64,000 nucleotides of DNA from Candidatus Latescibacterota bacterium (lineage in GTDB: Bacteria > Latescibacterota > UBA2968). Shown here in pieces: positions 1 to 10,419 of the stretch (the first letter of the stretch is position 1; each line of letters starts with the position of its first letter). The stretch is from positions 4,832,001-4,896,000 of the forward strand of contig OZ244960.1 in assembly GCA_965222605.1 (NCBI GenBank), written 5' to 3'. Below the pieces are notes generated by a model. That model did not search any database, was not told the DNA's origin, and saw only the letters and a program-made list of their open reading frames with translations. Position numbers and translations under genes: made by a program.

Positions 1-792
1 CTCAAAGCGCGGATTGTTCCCAATTTGCTCAAGCTAAATCCCAGTTATATGACGGTTACGTATGGTGCAGGTGGCTCTACCCGCGCCAAGACGCTGGAGA
101 TTGCTTCGCTTATCCAGAATGAATTTGGTCTGACTGCGGCGTGTCATCTCACCTGTGTAGGATCGTCCCGAACAGATATCGATGATATTTTGAAGGCGAT
201 TCGCGGGGAAGGCATTCGCAATATTGTCGCGCTTCGCGGCGATCCCCCTCGCGGAGAAGATACTTTTGTTCCCGCAAGAGATGGATTTGCATACGGCAAT
301 GAGCTTGTGGCGCATATTCGCGGTACGGAACCCAAAGGCGATGGATTTGGATTGGCTGTTGCGGGTTATCCCGAAAAACACCTCGAAGCGCCCGATTTCG
401 ATACGGATATTGCAAGTCTTAAGCGCAAGGTCGAGTCCGGTGGGGATATTGTTATTACACAGCTTTTTTACAATAACGATTACTTTTTCCGCTTTGTTGA
501 TCGCGTGCGCGCAGCCAATGTCACAGCACCTATTGTTCCGGGTCTGATGCCGATTCTTTCGGCGGGGCAGATCCAGCGCATCGCATCTTTGTGCGGGTCT
601 GAGATTCCCAGGGATTTGCAGGATCAACTCAATGGCGCTGTTGATGATGAAGACAAGGCGATGAAAATCGGTATTGATCAGTGCATCGCGCAGGCAACCG
701 AATTGCTCGAACAGGGCGTGCCGGGTATTCACTTTTACGTGCTCAACAAATCGACTCACATGCGCCAGATTATTAAGGCGCTTCCTCTCTAA
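1..792 (+). CDS. metF: 5,10-methylenetetrahydrofolate reductase (5' end truncated by window)
   Basis: VTYGAGGS, HLTCVG, ALRGDPP, AGYPEKH, ITQLF and GIHFY motifs; the frame is open from base 1. Confidence 0.95.
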   Translation, partial: LKARIVPNLLKLNPSYMTVTYGAGGSTRAKTLEIASLIQNEFGLTAACHLTCVGSSRTDIDDILKAIRGEGIRNIVALRGDPPRGEDTFVPARDGFAYGNELVAHIRGTEPKGDGFGLAVAGYPEKHLEAPDFDTDIASLKRKVESGGDIVITQLFYNNDYFFRFVDRVRAANVTAPIVPGLMPILSAGQIQRIASLCGSEIPRDLQDQLNGAVDDEDKAMKIGIDQCIAQATELLEQGVPGIHFYVLNKSTHMRQIIKALPL

Positions 793-1390
793 GTGGAAAT
801 TTTTCAGTGATCAGCATGATTGGCTTTTTATTGGCAAATACCCTGTAGGTGCGGCAGAGAAGAGGTTCTCCTTCAAGGTGCGCGATGGCCTCTGGCAAAT
901 TTCGTGCGGTTTCACAGCAGCACCACAATAATTCACGGCGGGTTTCCAATCCGCTGTTTTGCAGAATTCCTCCCAATCCCGCAGGATCTGATTCCAATCC
1001 GTCTAAAATGCCTTTTGGCAAGTGTTGTGGCACAATGAGAGATGTAGCATATGCCTGAATTTTCGGCATGTGGTTACCTGTTGGGGGCGTTTGTAGTACC
1101 ACTTGTCGCGCGATGACGTGTGTTCCTACCGGCAGTTCAAGCCAGACCTGCTCGGTGCATAGTGTCTGTTTCGCCTGGTGGAGGAGCACGACTTCCACCG
1201 GTGCGAGTGCATAGGCTTCAATGAGCCTTGTGACGGTGCCGTCAGTGACGATCAATGCCCGCTGAAATGGCGTTAACTGCGCGATGTTTATTTCTCTCGA
1301 TGTTGTCGGTCTTTCTGCCTGTGCGACAAATATATTTTTTACGCGATTGTCAACAAAGTTTGTCGAATTGAAAATTGGGTCTGTCTTCAT
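773..1390 (-). CDS. chorismate pyruvate-lyase-like (UbiC/DUF98 fold) protein
   Basis: QRALIVTDGTVTRLIEA and C-terminal RTYRV...PIMLITEKF; ATG at 1390 has a GGAAGGA RBS. Confidence 0.7.
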   Translation of the reverse strand: MKTDPIFNSTNFVDNRVKNIFVAQAERPTTSREINIAQLTPFQRALIVTDGTVTRLIEAYALAPVEVVLLHQAKQTLCTEQVWLELPVGTHVIARQVVLQTPPTGNHMPKIQAYATSLIVPQHLPKGILDGLESDPAGLGGILQNSGLETRRELLWCCCETARNLPEAIAHLEGEPLLCRTYRVFANKKPIMLITEKFPLREEAP

Positions 1391-1537
1391 CAAGCCTCGT
1401 CCTTCCGTATATACAGCTATTGCGTAACGTAAGTGAGCTTTAGACACATAAGTAGAAAAAAAGTTCTTTGAAACATTGCATATGAGATTTTAATCAGTTA
1501 TTTTGAGTTGGAAACTGACTTTGACGGAAAGAGCGCG

Positions 1538-2302
1538 ATGCGTATTGTAACGTGGAATGTAAACGGGTTGCGGGCGGCACTTCGCAAGGGGTTTGTCGAT
1601 CACATTAAAATACTAAACCCCGATGTGATCCTTTTGCAAGAAATTCGGGTCTTGCCCGAGCAACTGCCCGAAAGCGAGCGCAATCCCGATGGATGGCATG
1701 TTATCTGGCATCCGGCCGAGCGCAAGGGCTATGCGGGTACAGCGGTATGGTCTCGCACGCCTTTAAGAGAGGAAGAACGCGGCGCGGGGGAGGGCGATTT
1801 TGAAGGTCGGATTTTGCGGGTGAGCACTCGAGGTATTCAATTTGTCAGTGTGTACCTGCCTTCGGGGTCATCGGGCGACGAGCGCCAGGCGATCAAGGAG
1901 TGCTGGATGGATCGCTTTCGCGTTTGGGCGGACTGCCTGGTCAAAAAACAGATTCCCACAATTATGGGCGGTGATTTTAATATCGCGCATACCGAACGCG
2001 ATATTTTTTATGCTAGGAGCAACAAAAAGAATTCGGGTTTTTTGCCCCATGAACGCGCGTGGATGGGCGATCTCATCGCATCGGGCTGGCGCGATTTTAC
2101 ACGGGAACACTACGGCGATATTCAGGGACCATATTCGTGGTGGTCCAACCGGGGAAGAGCCAGAGAATTGGACCGTGGCTGGCGTATCGACTATTTGTTG
2201 GGTAATGCGGCAGCCGCAAAACGCGTTCAGTCTGCCTATGTTGACCGCAAAGGCGGCTTGACCATATCTGACCACGCACCGGTTGTTGTCGATTTGAAAT
2301 AG
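1538..2302 (+). CDS. xth: exodeoxyribonuclease III
   Basis: TWNVNGLRA, LQE, GDFN, GWRIDY and SDHAP motifs. Confidence 0.95.
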   Translation: MRIVTWNVNGLRAALRKGFVDHIKILNPDVILLQEIRVLPEQLPESERNPDGWHVIWHPAERKGYAGTAVWSRTPLREEERGAGEGDFEGRILRVSTRGIQFVSVYLPSGSSGDERQAIKECWMDRFRVWADCLVKKQIPTIMGGDFNIAHTERDIFYARSNKKNSGFLPHERAWMGDLIASGWRDFTREHYGDIQGPYSWWSNRGRARELDRGWRIDYLLGNAAAAKRVQSAYVDRKGGLTISDHAPVVVDLK

Positions 2303-2322
2303 CTAATACACAGGAGATTTCC

Positions 2323-3753
2323 ATGCACACTCTTGAAACACATCCTTTTGCAACGCTATTCGGTATTGATGAAAGCGTGGTTGCACAGGCATTGTCCGAA
2401 GCGATGTCCAGAGGTGCCGAATTTGCCGATCTGTATTTTCAGCATGTGCGTACCACTTCACTCAGTTTGGAAGATGGCATTATTTCCCGTGCAAGTACAG
2501 GCATTGATCAGGGCGTGGGGATTCGCGCGGTGATTGGGGATCAGGTTGGCTATGCTTTCTCCGAAAGTTTAGAGGCAGATGCGATTTATGCGGCTGCACG
2601 GACAGCGGCTGCGATAGCAGAGGGCACAAAAAATGTGCCGCCGCAACATCTGCAAGGTAGAGACGTTGACAATTATTACGCGATTGACCGCGGCTGGGAT
2701 GAGGTCAATATTACCGAACGCCTGCCACTGGTGCAAAGTGCCGAGACTATGACTCGCGCAATGGATCCCTCAATAGAAAAGGTGTCTGTGGGGTGGATGG
2801 ACAGGGATGAGCGCGTGCTCATTGTGACCAGTGATGGCGTTTTCAGTACGGATCGGCGGCCTATGGCGACGCTGTATTGCTCCGTGACTGCCAACAAGAA
2901 TGGCGTGCGGCAGAGCAATGGGGCTTCGGTTTCTCGGCGCGAGGGTATTGACTATTTTACTGAGGAAAACATCAGAGAGGTCTGCCATAAGGCAGTTGAT
3001 CGCACGATGACTCTCTTTGAGGCGCAGCGTCCACCTGCCGGCGAAATGCCTGTGGTGCTCGCGGCAGGTGCTTCGGGTATTTTGCTCCACGAAGCTATTG
3101 GGCACGGTCTGGAAGCGGATTTCAACCGCAAGGGTACGTCCATTTACGCGACGATGATGAACGAGAAAGTCGCCCCGGATTTTGTAACGATTGTCGATGA
3201 TGGCTTGCAGGAAAATGATCGCGGGGCACTCAATGTAGATGACGAGGGTCAGGCTACCGCGTGTACGACACTTATCGAAAACGGTGTTTTAAAAAGCTAT
3301 TTGCACGACCGCATTTCGGCAAAGCACTATGGGGTTTCACCCACGGGATCAGGCCGCCGCGAGAGCTTCCGCCATGTTCCTATGCCGCGTATGCGATCTA
3401 CGTATATGCTCGACGGACCCCACTCCCGCGACGAGATTATTCGCGCTGTTGATTACGGTATTATTGCCGATACGTTTACCAATGGACAGGTGCAAATTGG
3501 CGCGGGCGATTTTACTTTTTATATCAAGAATGGATGGCTTATCGAAGGTGGCAAAATCACCGCGCCGATCAAGGATGTCAATATTATTGGCAATGGTCCC
3601 GAGGCGTTGAAAAATGTCGTTATGGCAGCAGGCGATGCCGTGTTGGATGATGGTAGCTGGACGTGTGGAAAAAACGGACAGGGCGTGCCCGTTTCGATGG
3701 GCGTTCCGACGATGCTGGTGGAAAAGAGTATGACTGTGGGTGGGGTGAATTGA
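2323..3753 (+). CDS. tldD: TldD metalloprotease
   Basis: LLHEAIGHGLEAD, PMPRM and CGKNGQGVPVS motifs. Confidence 0.93.
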   Translation: MHTLETHPFATLFGIDESVVAQALSEAMSRGAEFADLYFQHVRTTSLSLEDGIISRASTGIDQGVGIRAVIGDQVGYAFSESLEADAIYAAARTAAAIAEGTKNVPPQHLQGRDVDNYYAIDRGWDEVNITERLPLVQSAETMTRAMDPSIEKVSVGWMDRDERVLIVTSDGVFSTDRRPMATLYCSVTANKNGVRQSNGASVSRREGIDYFTEENIREVCHKAVDRTMTLFEAQRPPAGEMPVVLAAGASGILLHEAIGHGLEADFNRKGTSIYATMMNEKVAPDFVTIVDDGLQENDRGALNVDDEGQATACTTLIENGVLKSYLHDRISAKHYGVSPTGSGRRESFRHVPMPRMRSTYMLDGPHSRDEIIRAVDYGIIADTFTNGQVQIGAGDFTFYIKNGWLIEGGKITAPIKDVNIIGNGPEALKNVVMAAGDAVLDDGSWTCGKNGQGVPVSMGVPTMLVEKSMTVGGVN

Positions 3754-3784
3754 GATAGGACTATAAATATAGAAACGGAATAAA

Positions 3785-5101
3785 ATGGAACGAGAACTTC
3801 TCCAACAGGCTGAGCAGGCGGTTGAGCAGGCGCGAAGGGCAGGGGCAAATAATGCGATAGCGCGGGTGCGGGATGAAAATAGCACGGAATACACGTATCG
3901 CGATGGAAATATTGAGCAGGTTCAACAAAGTGCTACCCGCGGCTTGAGTATTCAATTGTATGTCAATGGGCGGTATTCAACACACCAAACCTCGGATTTG
4001 CGCGCGGCGTCGGTTGCCCGGTTTATCGAAGATGCGGTTGCGCTGACGCAGTATCTGGCCGAAGATCCGCATCGCGTTATTCCCGATGCTGCGCTGTATG
4101 CAAATCGTCCGGATACCGATCTCCAATCCGACGATGCTATGGTGCTCGATCTGCCTCGCGAAGCGTGTATCGATTGGCTAAAAAAAATGGATGCTGTCAC
4201 CCATACAGATGACCGTGTGGTGAGTGCTACCGCCGATGTTTACTATGGTTGGAATACTTCGGCTCGGGTGAGTTCAAATGGATTTTCGGGGATACAGAGC
4301 GGGACTTCGATAGGCTATGGCACGAGTGTGACGCTCAAAGAGGGCGCGCATGGGCGTCCCGAAGATCATCGCTATGTGCGGGCGCATCATTTGTCGGATT
4401 TGCTCGATCCGGAGACGGTTGCGCGCGAGGGCCTCGCCCGCGCGATTGCCCGGTTGGGCAGTGAAAAAGCACCGAGCGGGCGAGCGACTATGGTGGTTGA
4501 TCCCGAAGCGGGCGGGCGTTTGATTGGCGCGATATGGGGTGCGTTGCAGGCGCATAGCATTCAGCAGAACCGGTCTTTTCTCGCTGATAAAAAAGACGCG
4601 CAAATTGCCAGTTCGCTCCTGACGGTGACAGATGATCCCCTGATGGTGCGCGGCCTCGCATCTCGACATTACGATGGCGAGGGGATTTCGGCAAAGCGCA
4701 GGTGCGTCGTCAATCAGGGCGTTTTGCAAATGTATTACGTCGATACGTATTACGGGCGAAAACTCGGTTGGGAGCCTACAACTGGAACATCGTCCAATCT
4801 CGTTTTTGCGCCTGGCGATAAAGATCTCAATGGTCTGATTGCAGAGATTAAAGACGGCTTTCACGTCACGTCGTGGCTCGGTGGCAATGCCGATACGACG
4901 ACTGGGGATTTTTCTTATGGTTTTCGCGGCTTTCGCATTGCCAACGGGCGAAAAATGGGTGCGGTATCGGAAATGAATATTGCCGGTAATTTTCTCGATC
5001 TGTTGCAAAATCTCGTCGCCGTGGGCAATGATCCCAATGTCTATTCCAGCCTGCAAACGCCCACTTTGGTTTTTGACAATGTGGCGTTTAGTGGAAAGTA
5101 G
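3785..5101 (+). CDS. pmbA: TldE/PmbA partner subunit
   Basis: Follows tldD; DGEG and TGDFS motifs; no HExxH. Confidence 0.88.
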   Translation: MERELLQQAEQAVEQARRAGANNAIARVRDENSTEYTYRDGNIEQVQQSATRGLSIQLYVNGRYSTHQTSDLRAASVARFIEDAVALTQYLAEDPHRVIPDAALYANRPDTDLQSDDAMVLDLPREACIDWLKKMDAVTHTDDRVVSATADVYYGWNTSARVSSNGFSGIQSGTSIGYGTSVTLKEGAHGRPEDHRYVRAHHLSDLLDPETVAREGLARAIARLGSEKAPSGRATMVVDPEAGGRLIGAIWGALQAHSIQQNRSFLADKKDAQIASSLLTVTDDPLMVRGLASRHYDGEGISAKRRCVVNQGVLQMYYVDTYYGRKLGWEPTTGTSSNLVFAPGDKDLNGLIAEIKDGFHVTSWLGGNADTTTGDFSYGFRGFRIANGRKMGAVSEMNIAGNFLDLLQNLVAVGNDPNVYSSLQTPTLVFDNVAFSGK

Positions 5102-5127
5102 AATAAGTGGCACACAGAGGTAAAATA

Positions 5128-6414
5128 ATGTCTGCCGCGTCAAAAAAGCCGCGCCATATTGCGCTGGATATTCTCTGCCGCGTTGAGCGGGGAGCATATC
5201 TCGACCGCTTGCTCGACGCGCAGCGCGAACATATCCGCGACCCCGATGGCGATTTGTTTCAACATCTCGTGCGGGGTACGCTGACCTATCGGTCGCGTCT
5301 TGACTATATTTTGACGCCCTATCTCAAAAAACCCCTGTCCAGACAGCACGCCAAACTTCGCAATATCCTGCGCCTTGGTGTTTATCAACTCCAATATCTC
5401 GACCGCGTGCCGCCTTATGCGGTTGTTTCTGAAGCTGTTATTCTCGCCCGTCACATTCTCGGGGAGCCGGTTGCCAAACTGGTCAATGCGGTGTTGCGCG
5501 GTGTGTCCGAAAACCGCAAGCCCGTTGTCTTTCCCGATTTTGATAGTGATCCCGTCAAATATCTCGCCATTACTACTTCACATCCCCGGTGGCTTGTCGC
5601 GCGATGGATCAAACGCTACGGCGTGGATGAAACACGCACCCTGTGTGAGTTTGACAATGTCCAACCCGCTCTGACCATTCGCCCCAATGCGTTGCGAACG
5701 ACGTCTGATGCCCTGCGCGAGCAACTCGCAGTCGAAGGGATTGAGGCCGAATTTGTAGCGTCTGATCTTCTCGCCGTATCCCATGTGGGCGGCCTTTTTC
5801 AGAGCAGGGCTTATTGCGATGGTCTCTTTAGCGTTCAAGGCGCGGGGGCTGCGATGGTTGTTCCTCTGCTCGATCCCCAACCCGGCGAGGCTGTTCTCGA
5901 CTTGTGCAGTGCGCCCGGTGGCAAAGCCACTGCTATGGCCGAGCGCATGAAAAATCGAGGTTTTATTCTCGCGACAGATCTCTACCCGCGCCGTCTCGAA
6001 ATTCTTAAAAAAAACACGCACCGGCTCGGGGTTACATGTGTTTGCCCACTCGCTGCCGATGCGCGTTATTTGGCTGTCAGTCGCTTATTTGATCGGGTTC
6101 TGGTCGATGTGCCCTGTTCCTCACTGGGTATTCTGAACCACCATCCCGACCTGCGCTGGCGGGAATGTGATATTCACGGTCTTGCGCGCTTGCAGCGCGC
6201 TCTAATCGAACGCGCTGCCGAGTACGTGTGCCCGGGTGGCGTTCTCGTTTATAGCACTTGCACCCTCGAACCGGAAGAAAATGAGCGTGTTGTCGAAGCC
6301 TTTTTAAGCGATCATCCGGGCTTTCAGATTACCCATCCCTATCTGCAATTGCTGCCCCACCAAACTGGCAATGACGGTGTTTTTGCCGCGCGGTTGCAAC
6401 GGACGGCTTCTTAG
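5128..6414 (+). CDS. rsmB: 16S rRNA m5C967 methyltransferase with N-terminal NusB-like domain
   Basis: LDLCSAPGGK, VDVPCS and YSTCT motifs; N-terminal LRLGVYQL and VNAVLR. Confidence 0.93.
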   Translation: MSAASKKPRHIALDILCRVERGAYLDRLLDAQREHIRDPDGDLFQHLVRGTLTYRSRLDYILTPYLKKPLSRQHAKLRNILRLGVYQLQYLDRVPPYAVVSEAVILARHILGEPVAKLVNAVLRGVSENRKPVVFPDFDSDPVKYLAITTSHPRWLVARWIKRYGVDETRTLCEFDNVQPALTIRPNALRTTSDALREQLAVEGIEAEFVASDLLAVSHVGGLFQSRAYCDGLFSVQGAGAAMVVPLLDPQPGEAVLDLCSAPGGKATAMAERMKNRGFILATDLYPRRLEILKKNTHRLGVTCVCPLAADARYLAVSRLFDRVLVDVPCSSLGILNHHPDLRWRECDIHGLARLQRALIERAAEYVCPGGVLVYSTCTLEPEENERVVEAFLSDHPGFQITHPYLQLLPHQTGNDGVFAARLQRTAS

Positions 6415-7895
6415 GCCAGTTCGTAGTGGCCGGGGTCAGGTAGAGGCACTGGCCGGGCATCTTCGGTGCTGATACTCCAGTCGGCTAACCGCAGGCGCAT
6501 GGCGGCGAGGGCGTCGCGATGTTGATCTTCGTCGATCACATTGACCAACTCGCCTGGGTCGGCGACGAGGTCGTAGAGTTCGTCGCGATCTCCCATGGGG
6601 TCGTGGACGTACTTCCACTGGCGGGTGCGGACCATCTTGCACCGACCGGCTGCCTCGCGCCACTGCAAGGTGTCAATCAGGGTCTTGCGGCCCCAGGGTT
6701 CAGGCAGTTTTTGCAAGTCGGACATGGTAAAGAGCGGCCCTCCGCTTCCGTATTCGGAAAAAGTCGCGTCCCGGGGGGCGGCTGCGGTCACAGTGGGCAG
6801 CGGTATTCCGTGCATGGAATGCGGCTGCGCCAGCCCTTGCAAGTGCAACAGCGTGGGCACGACATCAATCAGATTGGCCATGCTCTGATCGCGCACCCCG
6901 GCCGTGACCTGCCCGGGCCAAGAGACGATTAGCGGCACCCGCGTCAGGCTGTCGTAGAAGACTCCGCCCTTGCACTGCATGGCGTGTTCCCCCATAAAGT
7001 CGCCGTGGTCCGAACAAAAGACCACAATCGTCTGTTCTCGCAGCCCCAATGCGTCGAGTTTGTCGAGTATTTGGCCGAGCGCGTCGTCGATAAAGCGCAC
7101 CATACCAAAATACGAGGCCATGACGCCGTAGAGGTCTTCGGGCGGGTCGCGGCGTACCCCCAGCATTTGGTAGAGTGCTCGGTTGCGTTCGGGGGCGCGC
7201 TCGTCGTCGAATTCGTCGTCGCGCCAGGGGGGAAGGTCAATGTTCGCGGGCGGAAACAAGGCCGCGTATTCGGCCGGGCACAGCCACGGCTCGTGTGGGT
7301 CGGGAAAGGAAACCCACAGGGCAAAGGGCTGGTCTCGGTGCTTTTCGATAAAGCGCGTCGCCTGTCCGGCGATCAGGCCGGTGGAGTGGTCCTCTAACGG
7401 CAGTTCGGAGGTGCCGTAGCTGAAGCGGGGATTCTGGTGGGCGAGCTGGCGATGCTCGGCGGCGACCTTGCGGCGACCTTCTTCCGGCCGGAACCAATCC
7501 ATGCCTCGCGTCCCCTCGCCGCGCCCGCCGTGGGTGAAGGCGTTCCACACATCGAAGAGTGCCAAATCCTCCTCCCGCTGGAAGCAGTGGTTTTTGCCGA
7601 TCAGGCCCGTGGCGTAGCCCGCCGCTTTCCAGAGTTGCCAGGCGTGTTCGGCACCGGCTGGCATCAAGGTCTGGTTGCGCCTGCCCCCGTGCGAGTGGGG
7701 AAACTGCGAGGTCCAAAATGAGATGCGTGCCGGCACGCAGAGTGGGTGCGGGGTGATGGCGTTTTCAAAGAGGACCCCGCTGGCTGATAGGCGTTCCATC
7801 GACGGGGTTTGGCAAAAGGTGTTGCCGTAGAGGTGGCTGGCTGTGGCGCGCTGTTGGTCGGTCATTATTACGAGGATGTTGGGGCGATCAGTCAT
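6411..7895 (-). CDS. sulfatase (formylglycine type)
   Basis: PNILVIMTDQQR, CVPAR (CxPxR) and SDHGD; visibly more GC-rich than neighbours. Confidence 0.9.
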   Translation of the reverse strand: MTDRPNILVIMTDQQRATASHLYGNTFCQTPSMERLSASGVLFENAITPHPLCVPARISFWTSQFPHSHGGRRNQTLMPAGAEHAWQLWKAAGYATGLIGKNHCFQREEDLALFDVWNAFTHGGRGEGTRGMDWFRPEEGRRKVAAEHRQLAHQNPRFSYGTSELPLEDHSTGLIAGQATRFIEKHRDQPFALWVSFPDPHEPWLCPAEYAALFPPANIDLPPWRDDEFDDERAPERNRALYQMLGVRRDPPEDLYGVMASYFGMVRFIDDALGQILDKLDALGLREQTIVVFCSDHGDFMGEHAMQCKGGVFYDSLTRVPLIVSWPGQVTAGVRDQSMANLIDVVPTLLHLQGLAQPHSMHGIPLPTVTAAAPRDATFSEYGSGGPLFTMSDLQKLPEPWGRKTLIDTLQWREAAGRCKMVRTRQWKYVHDPMGDRDELYDLVADPGELVNVIDEDQHRDALAAMRLRLADWSISTEDARPVPLPDPGHYELA

Positions 7896-7915
7896 GGTGT
7901 TTTGGCTCGTCTTTT

Positions 7916-9178
7916 TTATGTGGCTGCTGACATGGCTTTGCTCAATATCTCCGATGTGCTCGGGCGCATGATTCGGGGATCGACTTGAGATCCATTGCTC
8001 AGTGTTTCGCGCACTTGAGAGCCAGAGATAAAGACCGGTTGTTCATCGGGGTGGTTTTCCATCAAATCCACGCGCCCGATGGATTCGTAATAGGCGGCAA
8101 ATCCCACGTTCACGGGCTGAATTTGGAGTTCGCCATTCAGATTTTCAAAAATTTCCTGTGCATCAAAGTCTCCCCAGATCGCGCTGCCGTCGTGATAGGG
8201 GGCATCGGCGTGTTTGCGGCCGATAATGATGTCGGTAAATCCAAAGTTCTGGCGATAAATGGCGTGCATGACGGCTTCTTTGGGACCGGCGTAAAACATT
8301 TTGATATCCAGCCCGAGCAAAATTACTCTGTCCGGTACAGATTCCCCGCGTTTTTGCCATAGTTTCGCGTCGCTATCTCCTTCTCCCAGTCCTCGAGATG
8401 CGATGAGTGCTTCGTAAGTTTGCATGCGAATCTCTGCGCGCACATCGTCTGATTTGGTTTCGCCCATTAGGGGATTTAAGCACGCGCCTGCGTTGTGTCC
8501 CTGGCGCAGGAGGGTTTCCAAACCATATACCAGTGCGTATTCGTGTGCGCGATGCAGGGCATTGCGCGTTTGAAATGCCACAACGCGGTTCCAGCCTTTT
8601 TGTGCGAGGAGGGGCCTGACTTCTCGCGGGCTGAGGACGTATTGTCCAAAATGTGGGTTTTTGGGCTGGGAGAGGGCTTGAATTTCACCGCCCAGGAGAT
8701 GGGTTTTGTCGCCATCGCCATTCAGGACCATATCGGCACCTGGATGATCTGTGCGGTCCGTTAAATATACGCGTTTGAGATATTTGGTTTTATCCCATTC
8801 AAAAATGTCACTGATGTCCAACACCGCCACTATTTCGCCAGATGTGTTTTCCAATGCGACTTTTTGTTCAATCGAAAGGGTTTTGGCAAGGTCGGGACTC
8901 ACGGGCAATGATATTGGGATCGTCCAGGCATAGCGCTTGCCATTCACTTCGATGACGGCTTCGTCGAGTACCCGATGATATGTTTGTGCATCCATCGGTC
9001 CTGTAAGCGGACTCAATCCGCCGTCGCCAAAACGATAGACCGAGGATAGATCTGCATCGCTGACCGGGACGCGCGTCAGTCCGTTTGCACTGGATAAAAA
9101 TGTTTCAACATCTGCTACCATGCGATTGACCGGTTCGGATAGACCACCGTGGGGTGCAATCAGGTGTGTATCGGACAT
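7916..9178 (-). CDS. sat: sulfate adenylyltransferase
   Basis: [37 protein letters not shown] and IGRKHA. Confidence 0.93.
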   Translation of the reverse strand: MSDTHLIAPHGGLSEPVNRMVADVETFLSSANGLTRVPVSDADLSSVYRFGDGGLSPLTGPMDAQTYHRVLDEAVIEVNGKRYAWTIPISLPVSPDLAKTLSIEQKVALENTSGEIVAVLDISDIFEWDKTKYLKRVYLTDRTDHPGADMVLNGDGDKTHLLGGEIQALSQPKNPHFGQYVLSPREVRPLLAQKGWNRVVAFQTRNALHRAHEYALVYGLETLLRQGHNAGACLNPLMGETKSDDVRAEIRMQTYEALIASRGLGEGDSDAKLWQKRGESVPDRVILLGLDIKMFYAGPKEAVMHAIYRQNFGFTDIIIGRKHADAPYHDGSAIWGDFDAQEIFENLNGELQIQPVNVGFAAYYESIGRVDLMENHPDEQPVFISGSQVRETLSNGSQVDPRIMRPSTSEILSKAMSAAT

Positions 9179-9284
9179 TCGGATAAACCTCCTGTTATTA
9201 TGATATTCTTGATTTACTAAGTAATGAATATATCTTTGACCTGTTTTCTGTCAAGAAATAAAGCGGTTTTGGGCATTTACTGCT

Positions 9285-10355
9285 TCAACGCAATTCATCC
9301 CATTTGAATTCCAGGCGGATGAGATCTGGGGGCGATTCGCGGTGGTGGAGGGATTTATAGGTTATGATATTGAAATACACTTTTTGGACGCGCGTTGTGA
9401 AATAAGGCATCGCATAATACCCGTCGGGTACGACTGCGCCTTCGTAATTGTCCAATATGGCATAGGTGAGGATTTCGAGTGATTCGGGATCGAACTTGAA
9501 TAGACACAATTTCATGCCGCGTATTGTATCCATGTAGTTTCTACCGATGAAGTAGTAGTTGCCATCTCGCTTGAAAAGTCGCGGTCTGCCTATCTGGGCG
9601 CGTATGAATTTGTAGGTCTGTGTCAGGTTCACTTCTCTGATTAATCGGAACGATCCATCGGTGAGATGCATTCGCTGGATGCCGTCCAGGCCTCGCGTGT
9701 TGAAGATGTATCCGTCTTCATATCGCAGGATGGATGTTTCATTGATGGGTGCGTTGCCAAAGGCTTTTGTGAGGTTTGCTACAAACTGCCAACTTTTTCC
9801 ATTGTCATCGGATCGAATCACATCGACATTGGGACTGTTATTTTGATAATGCCGGTAGGGCGTCAAGAGCATCCAGGTTGTTTCGCCCTCTGTCAGAGAT
9901 TCAAACCCATAGACATATTCTGTGCCGTTGATGGGATCGAGTTTTTCGCCACCTTCAAAGTGCATACCATTATCCGAAGACCGATATGCGAGTAGCCCGA
10001 ATTTGTCTTTGGAGTTTGGGAAATGCGGATCTACGTACAGGCCAATATCGCCATTGGCGAATCGGGCAAATTCTCCGTTCTGGATCGTGAAACCATCCAG
10101 ATGCGCGACAATTTTTCGATCCGAAATTGTCTCTGTGGTGGGATTGTAGCGAAACATCTCCCAGTCAGCCGCGGGTTCTGTGTTGTGCCGAGTGCCGCGT
10201 TTGTAGGCGATCAGGATATTATGCTTGTCCAGAAACAATATGTGAGGCGCCTTCACATAGGGCAGTGTCTTTTGTTCTGCGGCTCGTATGAGGATTTCCT
10301 GGGTTTTGTAATAAGGCAGGATGGGAGTATGGGGTTGAGGCGTTACAGGTCTCAT
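9285..10355 (-). CDS. sialidase-like (BNR/Asp-box) beta-propeller protein
   Basis: Asp-box motifs SSDNGMHF and SDDNGKSW. Confidence 0.6.
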   Translation of the reverse strand: MRPVTPQPHTPILPYYKTQEILIRAAEQKTLPYVKAPHILFLDKHNILIAYKRGTRHNTEPAADWEMFRYNPTTETISDRKIVAHLDGFTIQNGEFARFANGDIGLYVDPHFPNSKDKFGLLAYRSSDNGMHFEGGEKLDPINGTEYVYGFESLTEGETTWMLLTPYRHYQNNSPNVDVIRSDDNGKSWQFVANLTKAFGNAPINETSILRYEDGYIFNTRGLDGIQRMHLTDGSFRLIREVNLTQTYKFIRAQIGRPRLFKRDGNYYFIGRNYMDTIRGMKLCLFKFDPESLEILTYAILDNYEGAVVPDGYYAMPYFTTRVQKVYFNIITYKSLHHRESPPDLIRLEFKWDELR

Positions 10356-10419
10356 TCTTTTCCTCGAAGATATTTACCGCGATCCGAAAGTGGATGTCGC
10401 CGCTGCCCATTGTTGAATA

